This document shows, in pieces, positions 9,218 to 17,954 of a stretch of DNA of 32,000 nucleotides. The position numbers and the translations under genes are program-made. The notes under the pieces were generated by a model. The model saw only the letters and a list, made by a program, of their open reading frames with translations, was not told where the DNA came from and made no database searches. Every line of letters starts with the position of its first letter. Position 1 is the stretch's first letter. The DNA comes from Desulfotalea psychrophila LSv54 (lineage in GTDB: Bacteria; Desulfobacterota; Desulfobulbia; Desulfobulbales; Desulfocapsaceae): positions 1,500,001-1,532,000 of the forward strand of contig NC_006138.1 in assembly GCF_000025945.1 (NCBI RefSeq). The letters run 5' to 3'.

Positions 9218-10003
9218 ATGAAAAACAAGATTTGTCAAACGATCTGGCTGATTTTAATTTTGCTATTAACGTACATGCCTTGTATCGCATGGAGCGAATC
9301 GGAACCGCTGACAGTCTATTCCGGAGCGGGCTTGATGAAGCCAATGGATGAACTCAAAGCCGATTTTGAAGCACGCTATAAAATTCCGGTGCGGATTATC
9401 TACGGCGGTTCCGGCGAACTGTTCGGTATGATCGCCATTCGTAAAGCAGGTGATGTTTTTATCCCGGGAGCTGAAAAATACATTAAGGACGCTATCAATA
9501 AAGGAATGGCTCGGGCCAAGGGACAACGTTCGGTCTGTTATCATGTGCCGATTATTATGGTACCGGCCGGCAATCCGGGGAACGTTCAATCCCTGCAGGA
9601 CCTGGTCCGTCCCGGCGTACGTGTAGCCCTTGCTGACGCCAAGGCGGCTGCCATTGGCAAAGTGGCGAATAGTATTTTGAAAAAGAACTTCCTGACGGAG
9701 CAAGTTGCTAAAAACGTGGTGGTAAGGCCTAGCACTACCAATCAATTGTTGATCTATATTGCGACCCATCAGGTGGATGCTTGCATCGCCTGGGGAGATC
9801 AGGCTACCTGGGGTGAGGCTAAAGGCAAGGTCGAGGTTGTGCATATTCCGCCAGCTCAGAATACCGTCAAAACTATTCCAGCAGCAATAGTGACTTATTC
9901 CAAACAGGCAGATAAGGCACAGCTGTTCATCGATTACATCGCTTCACCTGAAGGCAAGGTGCTGTGGCAGAAATGGGGGTTCCCCATCGATAAGGCGGAA
10001 TAA
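9218..10003 (+). CDS. Periplasmic substrate-binding protein of a molybdate/tungstate-type ABC importer (ModA/WtpA-like)
   Basis: N-terminal signal peptide (MKNKICQTIWLILILLLTYMPCIAWS). It has the ModA-like motif YGGSGELFGMI...AGDVFIPG. It is followed by a cognate permease and a TOBE-containing ATPase. Confidence 0.72.
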   Translation: MKNKICQTIWLILILLLTYMPCIAWSESEPLTVYSGAGLMKPMDELKADFEARYKIPVRIIYGGSGELFGMIAIRKAGDVFIPGAEKYIKDAINKGMARAKGQRSVCYHVPIIMVPAGNPGNVQSLQDLVRPGVRVALADAKAAAIGKVANSILKKNFLTEQVAKNVVVRPSTTNQLLIYIATHQVDACIAWGDQATWGEAKGKVEVVHIPPAQNTVKTIPAAIVTYSKQADKAQLFIDYIASPEGKVLWQKWGFPIDKAE

Positions 10004-10007
10004 CGAC

Positions 10008-10793
10008 ATGGGTAATCGCATTTTTAAGGCCATCCTGGCAGGTGTCACTGTGGTATTTGTCGGAATGCTGTTGTGGGCGATGCTATCGCTCATTTTTATG
10101 CCAAGCTGGGCCGAGGTGGTCGAAAGTGCCCTATCCGAAGAGATGCTTTACAGCATTTGGCTTTCTCTGACCACTAGTGCTATTTCTGTAGCGGTGGTCA
10201 TGTTTCTGGCGGTCAGCATCGGCTATGTATTGGCACGTTTCCGTTTCCCCGGCCACCAGTTGTTAAGAACAGTGGTCGATCTGCCGATGGCCTTTCCTGA
10301 ACTGGTTCTGGGTCTTTGCCTACTGCTGCTGTTTGGGCAAGAGCCACTGGCCGGGTGGTTAAAACAGATAGGAATAGATATCGTATTCAGTAAAAACGGC
10401 ATCGTCATTGCCCAGATATTCACTGCCGCTCCTTACGCCACCCGTGTGGTTTATGCAGCTTTTTGCAGCATCAATCCCCGTTATGAAATGGTAGCTCGCA
10501 GTCTTGGTTGCGGGCAATGGACGGCATTTTGGAAGGTGACTTTGCCCATGGCCAAAGGTGGGCTGTTCGCCGGCGCAGTGATTGCTTTTTCCCGGTGTAT
10601 GGGGTGTTTCGGGACGGTGCTCATCTTGGCCGGCGGCACCCGTATGTTCACGGAAACCTTGCCTATTACCCTGTATCTCAATATTTCCTATGGCAACCTC
10701 GGCATGGCTATGACCTCCGGTATAATACTGATTTTGATTTCTCTGGGCGCAATCGTTACTTTCGAGGTACTCACTCACGAGGTAGTTTTATGA
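10008..10793 (+). CDS. ABC importer permease (ModB/CysTW-like)
   Basis: 261-aa polytopic ORF with an EAA-loop-like segment (YEMVARSLGCGQWTAFWKVTLPMAKGGL). Its stop overlaps the ATPase start (ATGA at 10790-10793). Confidence 0.8.
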   Translation: MGNRIFKAILAGVTVVFVGMLLWAMLSLIFMPSWAEVVESALSEEMLYSIWLSLTTSAISVAVVMFLAVSIGYVLARFRFPGHQLLRTVVDLPMAFPELVLGLCLLLLFGQEPLAGWLKQIGIDIVFSKNGIVIAQIFTAAPYATRVVYAAFCSINPRYEMVARSLGCGQWTAFWKVTLPMAKGGLFAGAVIAFSRCMGCFGTVLILAGGTRMFTETLPITLYLNISYGNLGMAMTSGIILILISLGAIVTFEVLTHEVVL

Positions 10794-11878
10794 CTGCACT
10801 GCTAGAAGTTCAAAACCTTCATGTTGATTTGGGCGAATTCAGCCTCCGGGGTGCGGACTTGGCCGTGGAGGAAGGTGCTTATTGCTGCCTGATCGGTGAC
10901 TCAGGGTCCGGCAAAAGTGTGCTGCTTGAAACGGTAGTTGGCGGTTTTCACCCTCAACGTGGAAAGGTTATGCTACGTGGTCAGGATGTGACTAACTGGC
11001 CCCCTGAACGGCGCAATCTAGGCATCGTATATCAGGATTTCATGCTTTTTCCCCACTTGAATGTGTTCGAAAACATTGTTTTCGGATTGCGTCGCCGAAA
11101 ATTCTCTCGTTCTGGGATGGAAGAAGAGGTCCGTACCATTGCGGCCCGAGTCGGTATCGAAAATCTGTTGTATCGCGATATTAAAACCCTGTCCGGCGGA
11201 GAACAACAGCGTACCTCCTTGGCTAGGGCACTTATTGTTCGCCCGCAAGTACTGTTGCTCGACGAAGCTTTCAGTGCATTGGATGTAGCTAGTCGGGAGC
11301 GCATGCGGTATCTACTGCGGGAACTGGTTAAGGACCTGCATGTCACCGTCCTGAATGTTACCCACGATATGGAGGATGTTTGGACTCTTGCTGACCAAGT
11401 GGCGGTCTTACATGACGGGCAAATTCTGCAAACCGGCAAGCCGGAAGATGTTTTTAGCTGTCCCCAACCAGGATTTGTCGCCGAATTTCTCGGTGCTCGT
11501 AATATATTGCAAGGCACTGTTTTGACTTGTGATAAATCAGGTCTAACGCATATTTCCGTCGGACAGAACGGTCTTTACAGCACCGATCCTGCATCGATCG
11601 ATGATCGGGTGCAGCTTTCCGTCCGCCCCGAAGAACTGGCCGTCGCTCGGAAACAGTTGCCGATTACTCTGCGCAATCAAATACCGGTAAGGATAGAAAG
11701 TCTGGAACGTCGAGGGCCCTTGGTCTTGATAATCGGAAAAGCTGCCGGATTTTCTCTCGAAGCCGCCGTAACGGTTGCTGGCGCTCAGGAACAGAATCTG
11801 AATATTGGCGATAACGTGGTATTTGCCTTTTCTGCAAATAGTTTGCGTATAATCTCTCGAGAGACGAAACATATTTGA
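10790..11878 (+). CDS. ABC importer ATP-binding protein with a C-terminal TOBE-like domain (ModC/WtpC-like)
   Basis: I chose the start at ATG 10790 (MTALLEVQNL...). It has Walker A GDSGSGKS, signature LSGGEQQR, Walker B LLLDEAF and an H-loop THD. The roughly 120-aa C-terminal extension is typical of Mo/sulfate-type ATPases. Confidence 0.85.
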   Translation: MTALLEVQNLHVDLGEFSLRGADLAVEEGAYCCLIGDSGSGKSVLLETVVGGFHPQRGKVMLRGQDVTNWPPERRNLGIVYQDFMLFPHLNVFENIVFGLRRRKFSRSGMEEEVRTIAARVGIENLLYRDIKTLSGGEQQRTSLARALIVRPQVLLLDEAFSALDVASRERMRYLLRELVKDLHVTVLNVTHDMEDVWTLADQVAVLHDGQILQTGKPEDVFSCPQPGFVAEFLGARNILQGTVLTCDKSGLTHISVGQNGLYSTDPASIDDRVQLSVRPEELAVARKQLPITLRNQIPVRIESLERRGPLVLIIGKAAGFSLEAAVTVAGAQEQNLNIGDNVVFAFSANSLRIISRETKHI

Positions 11879-12352
11879 TGTTTTCAGAAGACAGAAACTA
11901 GTGGCTGGCTAAGAAAAAGTGCCAAATACAATGCGCATAAATATCGTCCGATAAGGAGTTATTATGTATGTCGAAGAGCGATCAACGTGTAGCACATAAA
12001 TCAAGGGGCCCCCAGTAAAAGGCTCCTGGATGATGTTGACATACACAAATATATCGAAGATACAAGCTGCTGGGTATTATCCGTATGCTAGTGCAACGTC
12101 AAAAATGCTAACTGGTGTTTGTTTAGGCGCTGGGAGGCTATTTTTGTTTTCTTTTTTGGATGAATTGTGATTTGAAATAAAAAATATTTTAAGTCATTGG
12201 ATTTGTATAAGCTCTGTTAAGAGGGGTAATATGATAATAGAGGGATTTTTTTAATAAAGGCGTATGATTGCAGAATTAAGCTTGGCCTTTTATGAAAATG
12301 TTTTATCTAAGGTCGGCCCAGACTGCACGCTGAATAAGGAAATGGGGGAAAC

Positions 12353-12824
12353 ATGGCAAAATGGATAGGTGTTCTGGGAATACTGGTAGGTGCTATTGGT
12401 GTGTTTTTTGGGTTTTATTATTTGGCAGATGATCCTGCCCGTTCCCTGGAAATTGTCACTATTACAACGGTGGGTATTGTTGGTGTAGTTGGCCTTTGTT
12501 CGTCATGTCTTTCTCTATAAATCCGATGCGAAGAGGCTTGATTGGGAGGTGGAGAAGCCCGATTGGATGTTTGAGGTGGGGTTCTCAAATCTTGCCTTTG
12601 GTTTCATGGTCTTTTTGGTGGTGCTGCTGCAGTGGGGGATGGAGGCACAGGCCCTGGTGGTTTTAGGCTATGCCCTTTATCTGTTTCAGGCGGCCCTTCT
12701 CCATGGTTATCGGTATTTTACCGATGAGGTGAAATCACCAGTCAGGTTATGGCGTAGTTCTATTGCCACCTTGCTCTATGCGGGGCTCATGGCCTTTTTT
12801 GCCATCTATGCCCTTTTAGCCTAG
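12353..12824 (+). pseudogene. Small polytopic membrane protein of unknown function, apparently split by a 1-nt insertion near 12488-12494
   Basis: A 55-codon frame starts at ATG 12353 (MAKWIGVLGILVGAIGVFFGFYYLADD...TTVGIVGVVG) and stops at about 12519. The +1 frame opens at 12489 and continues LAFVRHVFLYKSDAKRLDWE... to 12824. The two pieces read as one roughly 156-aa membrane protein. Confidence 0.5.
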
Positions 12825-12830
12825 TGCAGG

Positions 12831-12867
12831 CTGGTCATCGGCCCCATTTTTTTGGCTAGATGACCAG
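12831..12867 (+). terminator. Stem-loop after the membrane-protein gene
   Basis: 9-bp inverted repeat ctggtcatc / gatgaccag with a T-rich 19-nt loop, followed by ttt. Confidence 0.4.
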
Positions 12868-13298
12868 TTTATTGGGCAATGCCTGCCTTTGTATTCTCTT
12901 CATACATATTTCGCTTAGTGGAGCTATCCGTAGTAGGAATATGATAAGTAAGATGGACTTGCTTAGGAGAAGAAGGTTGTAGGCTGTGCCGGTAATATTG
13001 GAGTTTGTGCTGAGCCCATTCATAATATCAGGTATAAGAACAGTGTGGAACTCAGGGTGAGTCACTAAAGCTTGTATCTGTCTTCAACAGACCAAGGCCT
13101 TATCTTCCTTGCCCGAGGTCTTATCTTAGAGCTGGCTATCGCCATCTTCTTATTCCACTCCCTTTTTATGTGTAAGCAAAATCGACCTTGTCTCGCCGGG
13201 ATATATGCTATATGGGGGGAGATCAAGGGGGAAGGCTCCCACTGGGAGGGGCACTGGCGATGCTTTGGTATCGCAACGAGGAAAATTGCAGAGGAGAA

Positions 13299-14225
13299 AT
13301 GATGTCATTTAATTTGGAAGACTGTCTGGTCATAGGGATATCCTCCCGTGCCCTTTTTGATCTGGAGGAGGAGAATGCTCTCTTTGAGGAGGAGGGGATC
13401 GATGCCTATAGGGCTTACCAACGTCAGCATGAGGATCTTGTCCTAGGACGTGGTACTGCCTATTATATGATAGAGGAGTTGTTGAAAATCAATGACTTGG
13501 TAGATGACCGAAGGCTCGTTGAAGTTGTTGTTATGTCAAAGAACAGCCCGGATACGGGCTTGAGGGTTTTTGCCTCTATTGATCACTATGGTCTTGATAT
13601 CAGTCGGGCAGCCTTTGCAGGGGGAGAGGATTTGCATGAGTATCTGGACGCCTTTAGTGTTGATCTCTTTCTTTCTAAATCAGAAGAGGATGTGCAGGGG
13701 GCGGTTGATCATGGGGTGGCATCGGCAATTCTCTATGAACCGCCGGATGGTTATGCCCCCGTTGCCGGTCAGATACGGATTGCCTTTGATGGTGATGCGG
13801 TGCTTTTTTCCGAAGAATCGGAAAAGGTCTATAAGGAGCAGGGTTTAGAGGCCTTTGTTGAGCATGAAAATCTCAACCGTGATAATCCGCTTCCCGATGG
13901 TCCATTTGCTAAGCTACTCTGTATACTTGCCTACCTGCAGCAGACATTACCGAGGGAGGACAACCCCTTTCGTCTGGCTCTGGTTACAGCAAGGAAAAGT
14001 CCGTCCCACGTCCGGGTTGTGAATACCCTGCGGGACTGGGGGGTTAATTTGGATGAGGCCTTCTTTCTTGGTGGGATGACCAAGAGCAAGGTTCTCCAGT
14101 CTTTTCGAGCCCATATCTTTTTTGATGATCAGGATGTGCATGTGGGCCCGGCCTCCCGGGTGGTTCCTTCGGCTCGCGTACCCTACAAGACGGGTTCTTC
14201 TTTAAAGAGCCTCCCGGAGGGATGA
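13299..14225 (+). CDS. Bacterial 5'-nucleotidase family protein (PF06189-like)
   Basis: I chose the start at ATG 13299/13302, just after GAGGAG. The N-terminal pattern IGISSRALFDLEEENALFEEEGIDAYRAYQRQHED is as I recall it for this family. Confidence 0.65.
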   Translation: MMSFNLEDCLVIGISSRALFDLEEENALFEEEGIDAYRAYQRQHEDLVLGRGTAYYMIEELLKINDLVDDRRLVEVVVMSKNSPDTGLRVFASIDHYGLDISRAAFAGGEDLHEYLDAFSVDLFLSKSEEDVQGAVDHGVASAILYEPPDGYAPVAGQIRIAFDGDAVLFSEESEKVYKEQGLEAFVEHENLNRDNPLPDGPFAKLLCILAYLQQTLPREDNPFRLALVTARKSPSHVRVVNTLRDWGVNLDEAFFLGGMTKSKVLQSFRAHIFFDDQDVHVGPASRVVPSARVPYKTGSSLKSLPEG

Positions 14226-14360
14226 TCTTCTTTATGAGGTAATCTTTTTTTTAACTCCTTGTACAGAAAATGTTTTTTGAAAGGAAGTTCTGTCAGGGGG
14301 TATATAGCGTAGGCAGTTTAACCCTAAAGTGTGTCTATTAATTTACCCGTGGGAGGAGTT

Positions 14361-14927
14361 ATGAAGAGGAAAAAATATGCAGTTGCCGCTGTTCTTCTGG
14401 CAAGTTTTTTTATGGTAAGCCCATCCTTTGCAGGTCACGATGGCAACAAGAGTTTGATTCGTTATAATATGCTTCTGGCGCAGACCCAGAAAACTCTGAG
14501 TCAGGTGGTAGAGGAGCAGGCAAAAAAGACAGCAGCGACTGTTATAGAGGCAGAGCTGGAGATGAAGTCTCTGGGCTTATCTGAGCAAAAACAGCCTGTT
14601 TACAAGATTGTTACATATAAGAAGGGTGGTAGAGTAAAGTACTATATTGATTCGGTAACGGGTAAGGTGCTCCTCTCTAAGAAAAAGGGGAATTGGAATC
14701 CTCTGGATGATGATATGTTAGAGGCCGAGGCGATGAGTAAGGCAAAGATCTCCATGGGGCGTGCCATTACTCTTGCTGAGAAAAAATTCTCGGGTAAGGC
14801 CATAGAGGCAGAAATTGATGAGGATGATGATGTCCTCTACTATAAGGTAAAGCTTGTCCCCAAGAGTGGGGTAATTAAGGCCCTGGTCGATCCTAAAGTA
14901 GGCACCCCCTATGAGGTAGTTCGCTAA
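14361..14927 (+). CDS. Secreted protein with two PepSY-like domains
   Basis: ATG 14361 is preceded by GGGAGGAG. It has a signal peptide (MKRKKYAVAAVLLASFFMVSPSFA). The C-terminal half (ISMGRAITLAEKKFSGKAIEAEIDEDDDVLYYKVKLV...ALVDPKVG) fits the PepSY fold pattern. Confidence 0.6.
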   Translation: MKRKKYAVAAVLLASFFMVSPSFAGHDGNKSLIRYNMLLAQTQKTLSQVVEEQAKKTAATVIEAELEMKSLGLSEQKQPVYKIVTYKKGGRVKYYIDSVTGKVLLSKKKGNWNPLDDDMLEAEAMSKAKISMGRAITLAEKKFSGKAIEAEIDEDDDVLYYKVKLVPKSGVIKALVDPKVGTPYEVVR

Positions 14928-14963
14928 AGCATGGTTGAAAAATAGTTTCTGCTTTTCCCTGGC

Positions 14964-14992
14964 AGGAGGATGCCTTTTTTAGGAATCCTCCT
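14964..14992. terminator. Stem-loop between the convergent PepSY and nitroreductase genes
   Basis: aggaggat / atcctcct 8-bp stem around a T-rich loop. Confidence 0.45.
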
Positions 14993-15012
14993 CTTCCCCC
15001 CTCCCTCTCTCT

Positions 15013-15840
15013 CTATAGTCTAACTCGGTTGATGGCTCTGTTCTTTCGTTGAACGGTGCGGGCGTATTTGAGCTTTGTCTTGCCAAAGAGCATGATGTAT
15101 ACCGATTTATGGTTTTCGGGGACGCCAATTTTTCTGCCGAGCTCTGGTAGGATGTCAAACAGGGTGTATTTTGCCAGGCCGCACCACAGGGTGCCGATAT
15201 TTTTTGTTGCCGCGCAGAGTTCAAAATAACTGAGGGCGATAAAGGGGTCGGCCTCGGGGCAGGGGGCGTCTTCCGGGGAAGAGATAATGAGCATATGTGG
15301 TGCTCCCCGAAAGATGGTATCGATGCCGTTCTCCCAGGCCTCGGCAATTTGGGCAAAGTATTGAAATTTTTCTGGAAGATTACCAGAGGCAATAGTTGCC
15401 TTTAGCCCTGCCATTGCCTCCTGACGTATCTTGTCCATGACCTCCATATCGTCGACGAGAGTGAACATCTGGCTACGGGAATTTACCCCCGTTGGCGCAT
15501 GGGCCGTCATTTCAAGGAGCCAGTCAACGGTTTCTTTTTCGACGTTTTTTTTCTGATAATGCCGGGAGGATCGTCTGCCGCGGACAAGGGCCTCCATCTG
15601 TTCAGGGCTGGGGAGCATTCCCTTAAGGGGGAGGCAATCTGTCTGGGGATTGATATCAAGAATAGAGATGGCAGCCGTAGGGCAGATGGCAAGGCAGTGC
15701 TCGCACTGATAGCAACTCTCCTCATTGTAGGGGAACACTCGTGGAAAGTCAGCCTGTATCTCTATGATGGAGGCCGGGCAGTCCATGGCACATGCTCCGC
15801 ATTTATTGCATCGTTCCTGGTCAAGACAAAAATTGATCAT
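15013..15840 (-). CDS. Nitroreductase-family flavoenzyme with an N-terminal 2x[4Fe-4S] ferredoxin domain
   Basis: Two CxxCxxCxxxCP motifs (CNKCGACAMDCP, CYQCEHCLAICP) are followed by a nitroreductase-like core (RRSSRHYQKK...). Confidence 0.85.
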   Translation of the reverse strand: MINFCLDQERCNKCGACAMDCPASIIEIQADFPRVFPYNEESCYQCEHCLAICPTAAISILDINPQTDCLPLKGMLPSPEQMEALVRGRRSSRHYQKKNVEKETVDWLLEMTAHAPTGVNSRSQMFTLVDDMEVMDKIRQEAMAGLKATIASGNLPEKFQYFAQIAEAWENGIDTIFRGAPHMLIISSPEDAPCPEADPFIALSYFELCAATKNIGTLWCGLAKYTLFDILPELGRKIGVPENHKSVYIMLFGKTKLKYARTVQRKNRAINRVRL

Positions 15841-15962
15841 ATTTTTCTCCCTGATTCTTAAGTGTTGTTCTGTGTTAATTTTAGAGAAACTCTATTTATG
15901 AGTGATTGTAGCAAGTTTCTTCTTTTAAGATCAAGGGGGGCTTTGCTGTTTTGGTAGCGAAA

Positions 15963-15994
15963 GCGCCTCTTTTCGTGCTGACAGAAAGAGGCGC
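15963..15994 (-). terminator. Stem-loop downstream of dctM
   Basis: 10-bp perfect inverted repeat gcgcctcttt / aaagaggcgc with a 12-nt loop, 20 nt past the dctM stop. Confidence 0.55.
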
Positions 15995-16014
15995 CTTCGC
16001 TGTTTGCTCTGGCC

Positions 16015-17316
16015 TTAGCTACCCATCATATTTGGTAGCAGGGTTACCACCTCTGGTACGACAGTGATAATAGCAAGTGCTGTGAGCAGGAGCAAGAAGA
16101 AGGGCAGGGCGGCATGGGCTACTCGTAGGATATTAATTCCCGTAAGGCCCTGAATAACAAAGAGATTAAAACCAACAGGCGGGGTGATTTGTGACATCTC
16201 GACTACGATGACAACGAAGATACCAAACCATAGTGGGTCGATTCCTGCCGCCTGAACCATGGGCATGATAACGGAGGTGGTGAGCACCACTACGGAAATT
16301 CCATCAAGAAAACAGCCTAGGACAACAAAGAAGATTGTCAGAGCTCCCAGTAGCGCATAGGGGGAGAGGTCCATGGTGCCGATCCAGGTGGCCAGTGATT
16401 TTGGAATGCCGGTAAAGCCCATGGCAACTGTTAAAAAGGCAGCACCTGCCAGAATAAAGGCGATCATGCACGAGGTGCGGGTTGCCCCGAGTAAACCCTC
16501 TATAAAGGTCTCTTTGCAGAGAGAACCAGTGGCCCTGGAGAGAAGGAGGGCAAGGACAACGCCTACAGCCGCCGCATCTGTCGGAGAGGCGATGCCGGTG
16601 TAGATGGAGCCGAGGACGCCACCTATCAGCAGGATAACAGGTATCAGTCTCTTGGTGCCGCGCACCTTTTCCATAAAGGAGAGATTGTTCTCTTCCATCG
16701 GAATTTGCTCTTTATTGAGTAGTGACCAGATGATGACATAGCCAACAAAGAGAGTGACTAACAGGACTCCGGGCAAAAGGCCGGCGATAAAGAGTCGGGC
16801 AATGGATTGTTCGGTGGCAACACCGTAGACGATAAGGATGATCGATGGCGGAATGAGTAGTCCCAGGGTTGCAGAACCGGCCAGAGTCCCGAGGATCATC
16901 TTCTCCGGATAACCTCGTTGGGTAAGCTCAGGGATGGACATCTTGCCGATGGTGGCTGCCGTTGCCGCAGATGATCCGGAGACTGCGGCAAAAATACCGC
17001 AACCGAAGATGTTGACGTGTAATAGGCGTCCTGGCAGGTGTGTCAGCCAGGGTGCTAAACCCTCAAACATATTTTCCGATAGCTTTGAACGAAAGAGAAT
17101 TTCTCCCATCCAGATAAAGAGGGGGAGGGCCGCAAGCGCCCAGCTATTGCTCGCTCCCCAAACCGTGGTGGCCAGTACATTGCCAACGGGGGCATCGGTA
17201 AAGACCATCATTCCAATTATGCCTACCCCCAATAGGGAGAAGGCCACCCAGATACCGCTACCTAGCAGAAGGAAGAGCAGGCCGAGTAGGCAAAGTGGGA
17301 TTGTTATTTCTGACAT
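16015..17316 (-). CDS. dctM: TRAP transporter large permease subunit (DctM family)
   Basis: 433-aa polytopic ORF with typical DctM length and sequence. It lies downstream of the DctQ and DctP genes. Confidence 0.9.
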   Translation of the reverse strand: MSEITIPLCLLGLLFLLLGSGIWVAFSLLGVGIIGMMVFTDAPVGNVLATTVWGASNSWALAALPLFIWMGEILFRSKLSENMFEGLAPWLTHLPGRLLHVNIFGCGIFAAVSGSSAATAATIGKMSIPELTQRGYPEKMILGTLAGSATLGLLIPPSIILIVYGVATEQSIARLFIAGLLPGVLLVTLFVGYVIIWSLLNKEQIPMEENNLSFMEKVRGTKRLIPVILLIGGVLGSIYTGIASPTDAAAVGVVLALLLSRATGSLCKETFIEGLLGATRTSCMIAFILAGAAFLTVAMGFTGIPKSLATWIGTMDLSPYALLGALTIFFVVLGCFLDGISVVVLTTSVIMPMVQAAGIDPLWFGIFVVIVVEMSQITPPVGFNLFVIQGLTGINILRVAHAALPFFLLLLTALAIITVVPEVVTLLPNMMGS

Positions 17317-17334
17317 GGGAACTCCTAGGGGCTT

Positions 17335-17895
17335 CTACTCGTTTATTGATTGAGCGAATTCTTCAAGATTTTTATTATAGCTTACGGGCTTGCCACAGAT
17401 ATGACAGAGGAGGTCATCGCTCAGGGAGATGGTGAGTAGAGCGAGGCCAATGAGCATGCTGGCCTGTGGAATCCAGATGGGAATCGCAATCATGCCCGAG
17501 GAGAGGTCATGATAGATATAACTTTCGTAAACGAGATTAGCCGTATAGTAGGTGAAATATGCCGAGGTTGCGCTTGCAAAGAGGAGACACCAACCTTCAA
17601 GGATTTCTTGCATCCAGTGGGGAAGATTAGAGCGGATAAGTGTTACCCGAATATGATGTCCCGAACGCATGGTGTAGGTTAGGGCCAAAAATGAAGCCGC
17701 CGCTAGGAAAAAGCCCGTAAAGTCAGAATAGGATGGAATGGTGAGTCCTATTGCTGTGCCCGTTATAAGGGTGCTGAGGCGATCAACAACGTTGAAGACT
17801 ACCTGGCAGACAACGAGTAGGCAAATGGCCGACAGGAAGAGAGCGGCAAGCCACCCAGCTCCTTTGTATAGTGAATCGAGTGTATTACGTATCAT
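17335..17895 (-). CDS. dctQ: TRAP transporter small permease subunit (DctQ family)
   Basis: 186-aa protein with four hydrophobic segments, positioned between dctP and dctM. Confidence 0.8.
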   Translation of the reverse strand: MIRNTLDSLYKGAGWLAALFLSAICLLVVCQVVFNVVDRLSTLITGTAIGLTIPSYSDFTGFFLAAASFLALTYTMRSGHHIRVTLIRSNLPHWMQEILEGWCLLFASATSAYFTYYTANLVYESYIYHDLSSGMIAIPIWIPQASMLIGLALLTISLSDDLLCHICGKPVSYNKNLEEFAQSINE

Positions 17896-17910
17896 TTTTT
17901 TTCAATATAA

Positions 17911-17940
17911 CACATTGGCGTGGTGTTTGACGCCAATGTG
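17911..17940 (-). promoter_or_regulatory. Intercistronic stem-loop between dctP and dctQ
   Basis: Perfect 10-bp inverted repeat cacattggcg / cgccaatgtg with a 10-nt loop, in the 59-nt dctP-dctQ spacer. Confidence 0.5.
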
Positions 17941-17954
17941 TACTGTCTGATGGT

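Noticed and set aside
9266-9844. 192-aa ORF antisense to the modA-like gene
   Set aside because: It is fully embedded antisense in a gene with a clear signal peptide and family motifs, and it has no independent support.
10508-10789. 94-codon N-terminal extension of the ABC ATPase ORF
   Set aside because: The extension overlaps the permease gene in another frame and has a non-protein-like sequence. The ATGA-coupled start at 10790 gives the canonical N-terminus MTALLEVQNL.
13188-13298. 37-codon extension of the 5'-nucleotidase ORF and the overlapping 76-aa ORF 13072-13302
   Set aside because: GAGGAG sits immediately before the ATG at 13299/13302, and the conserved family N-terminus begins there. 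The upstream translations look non-coding.
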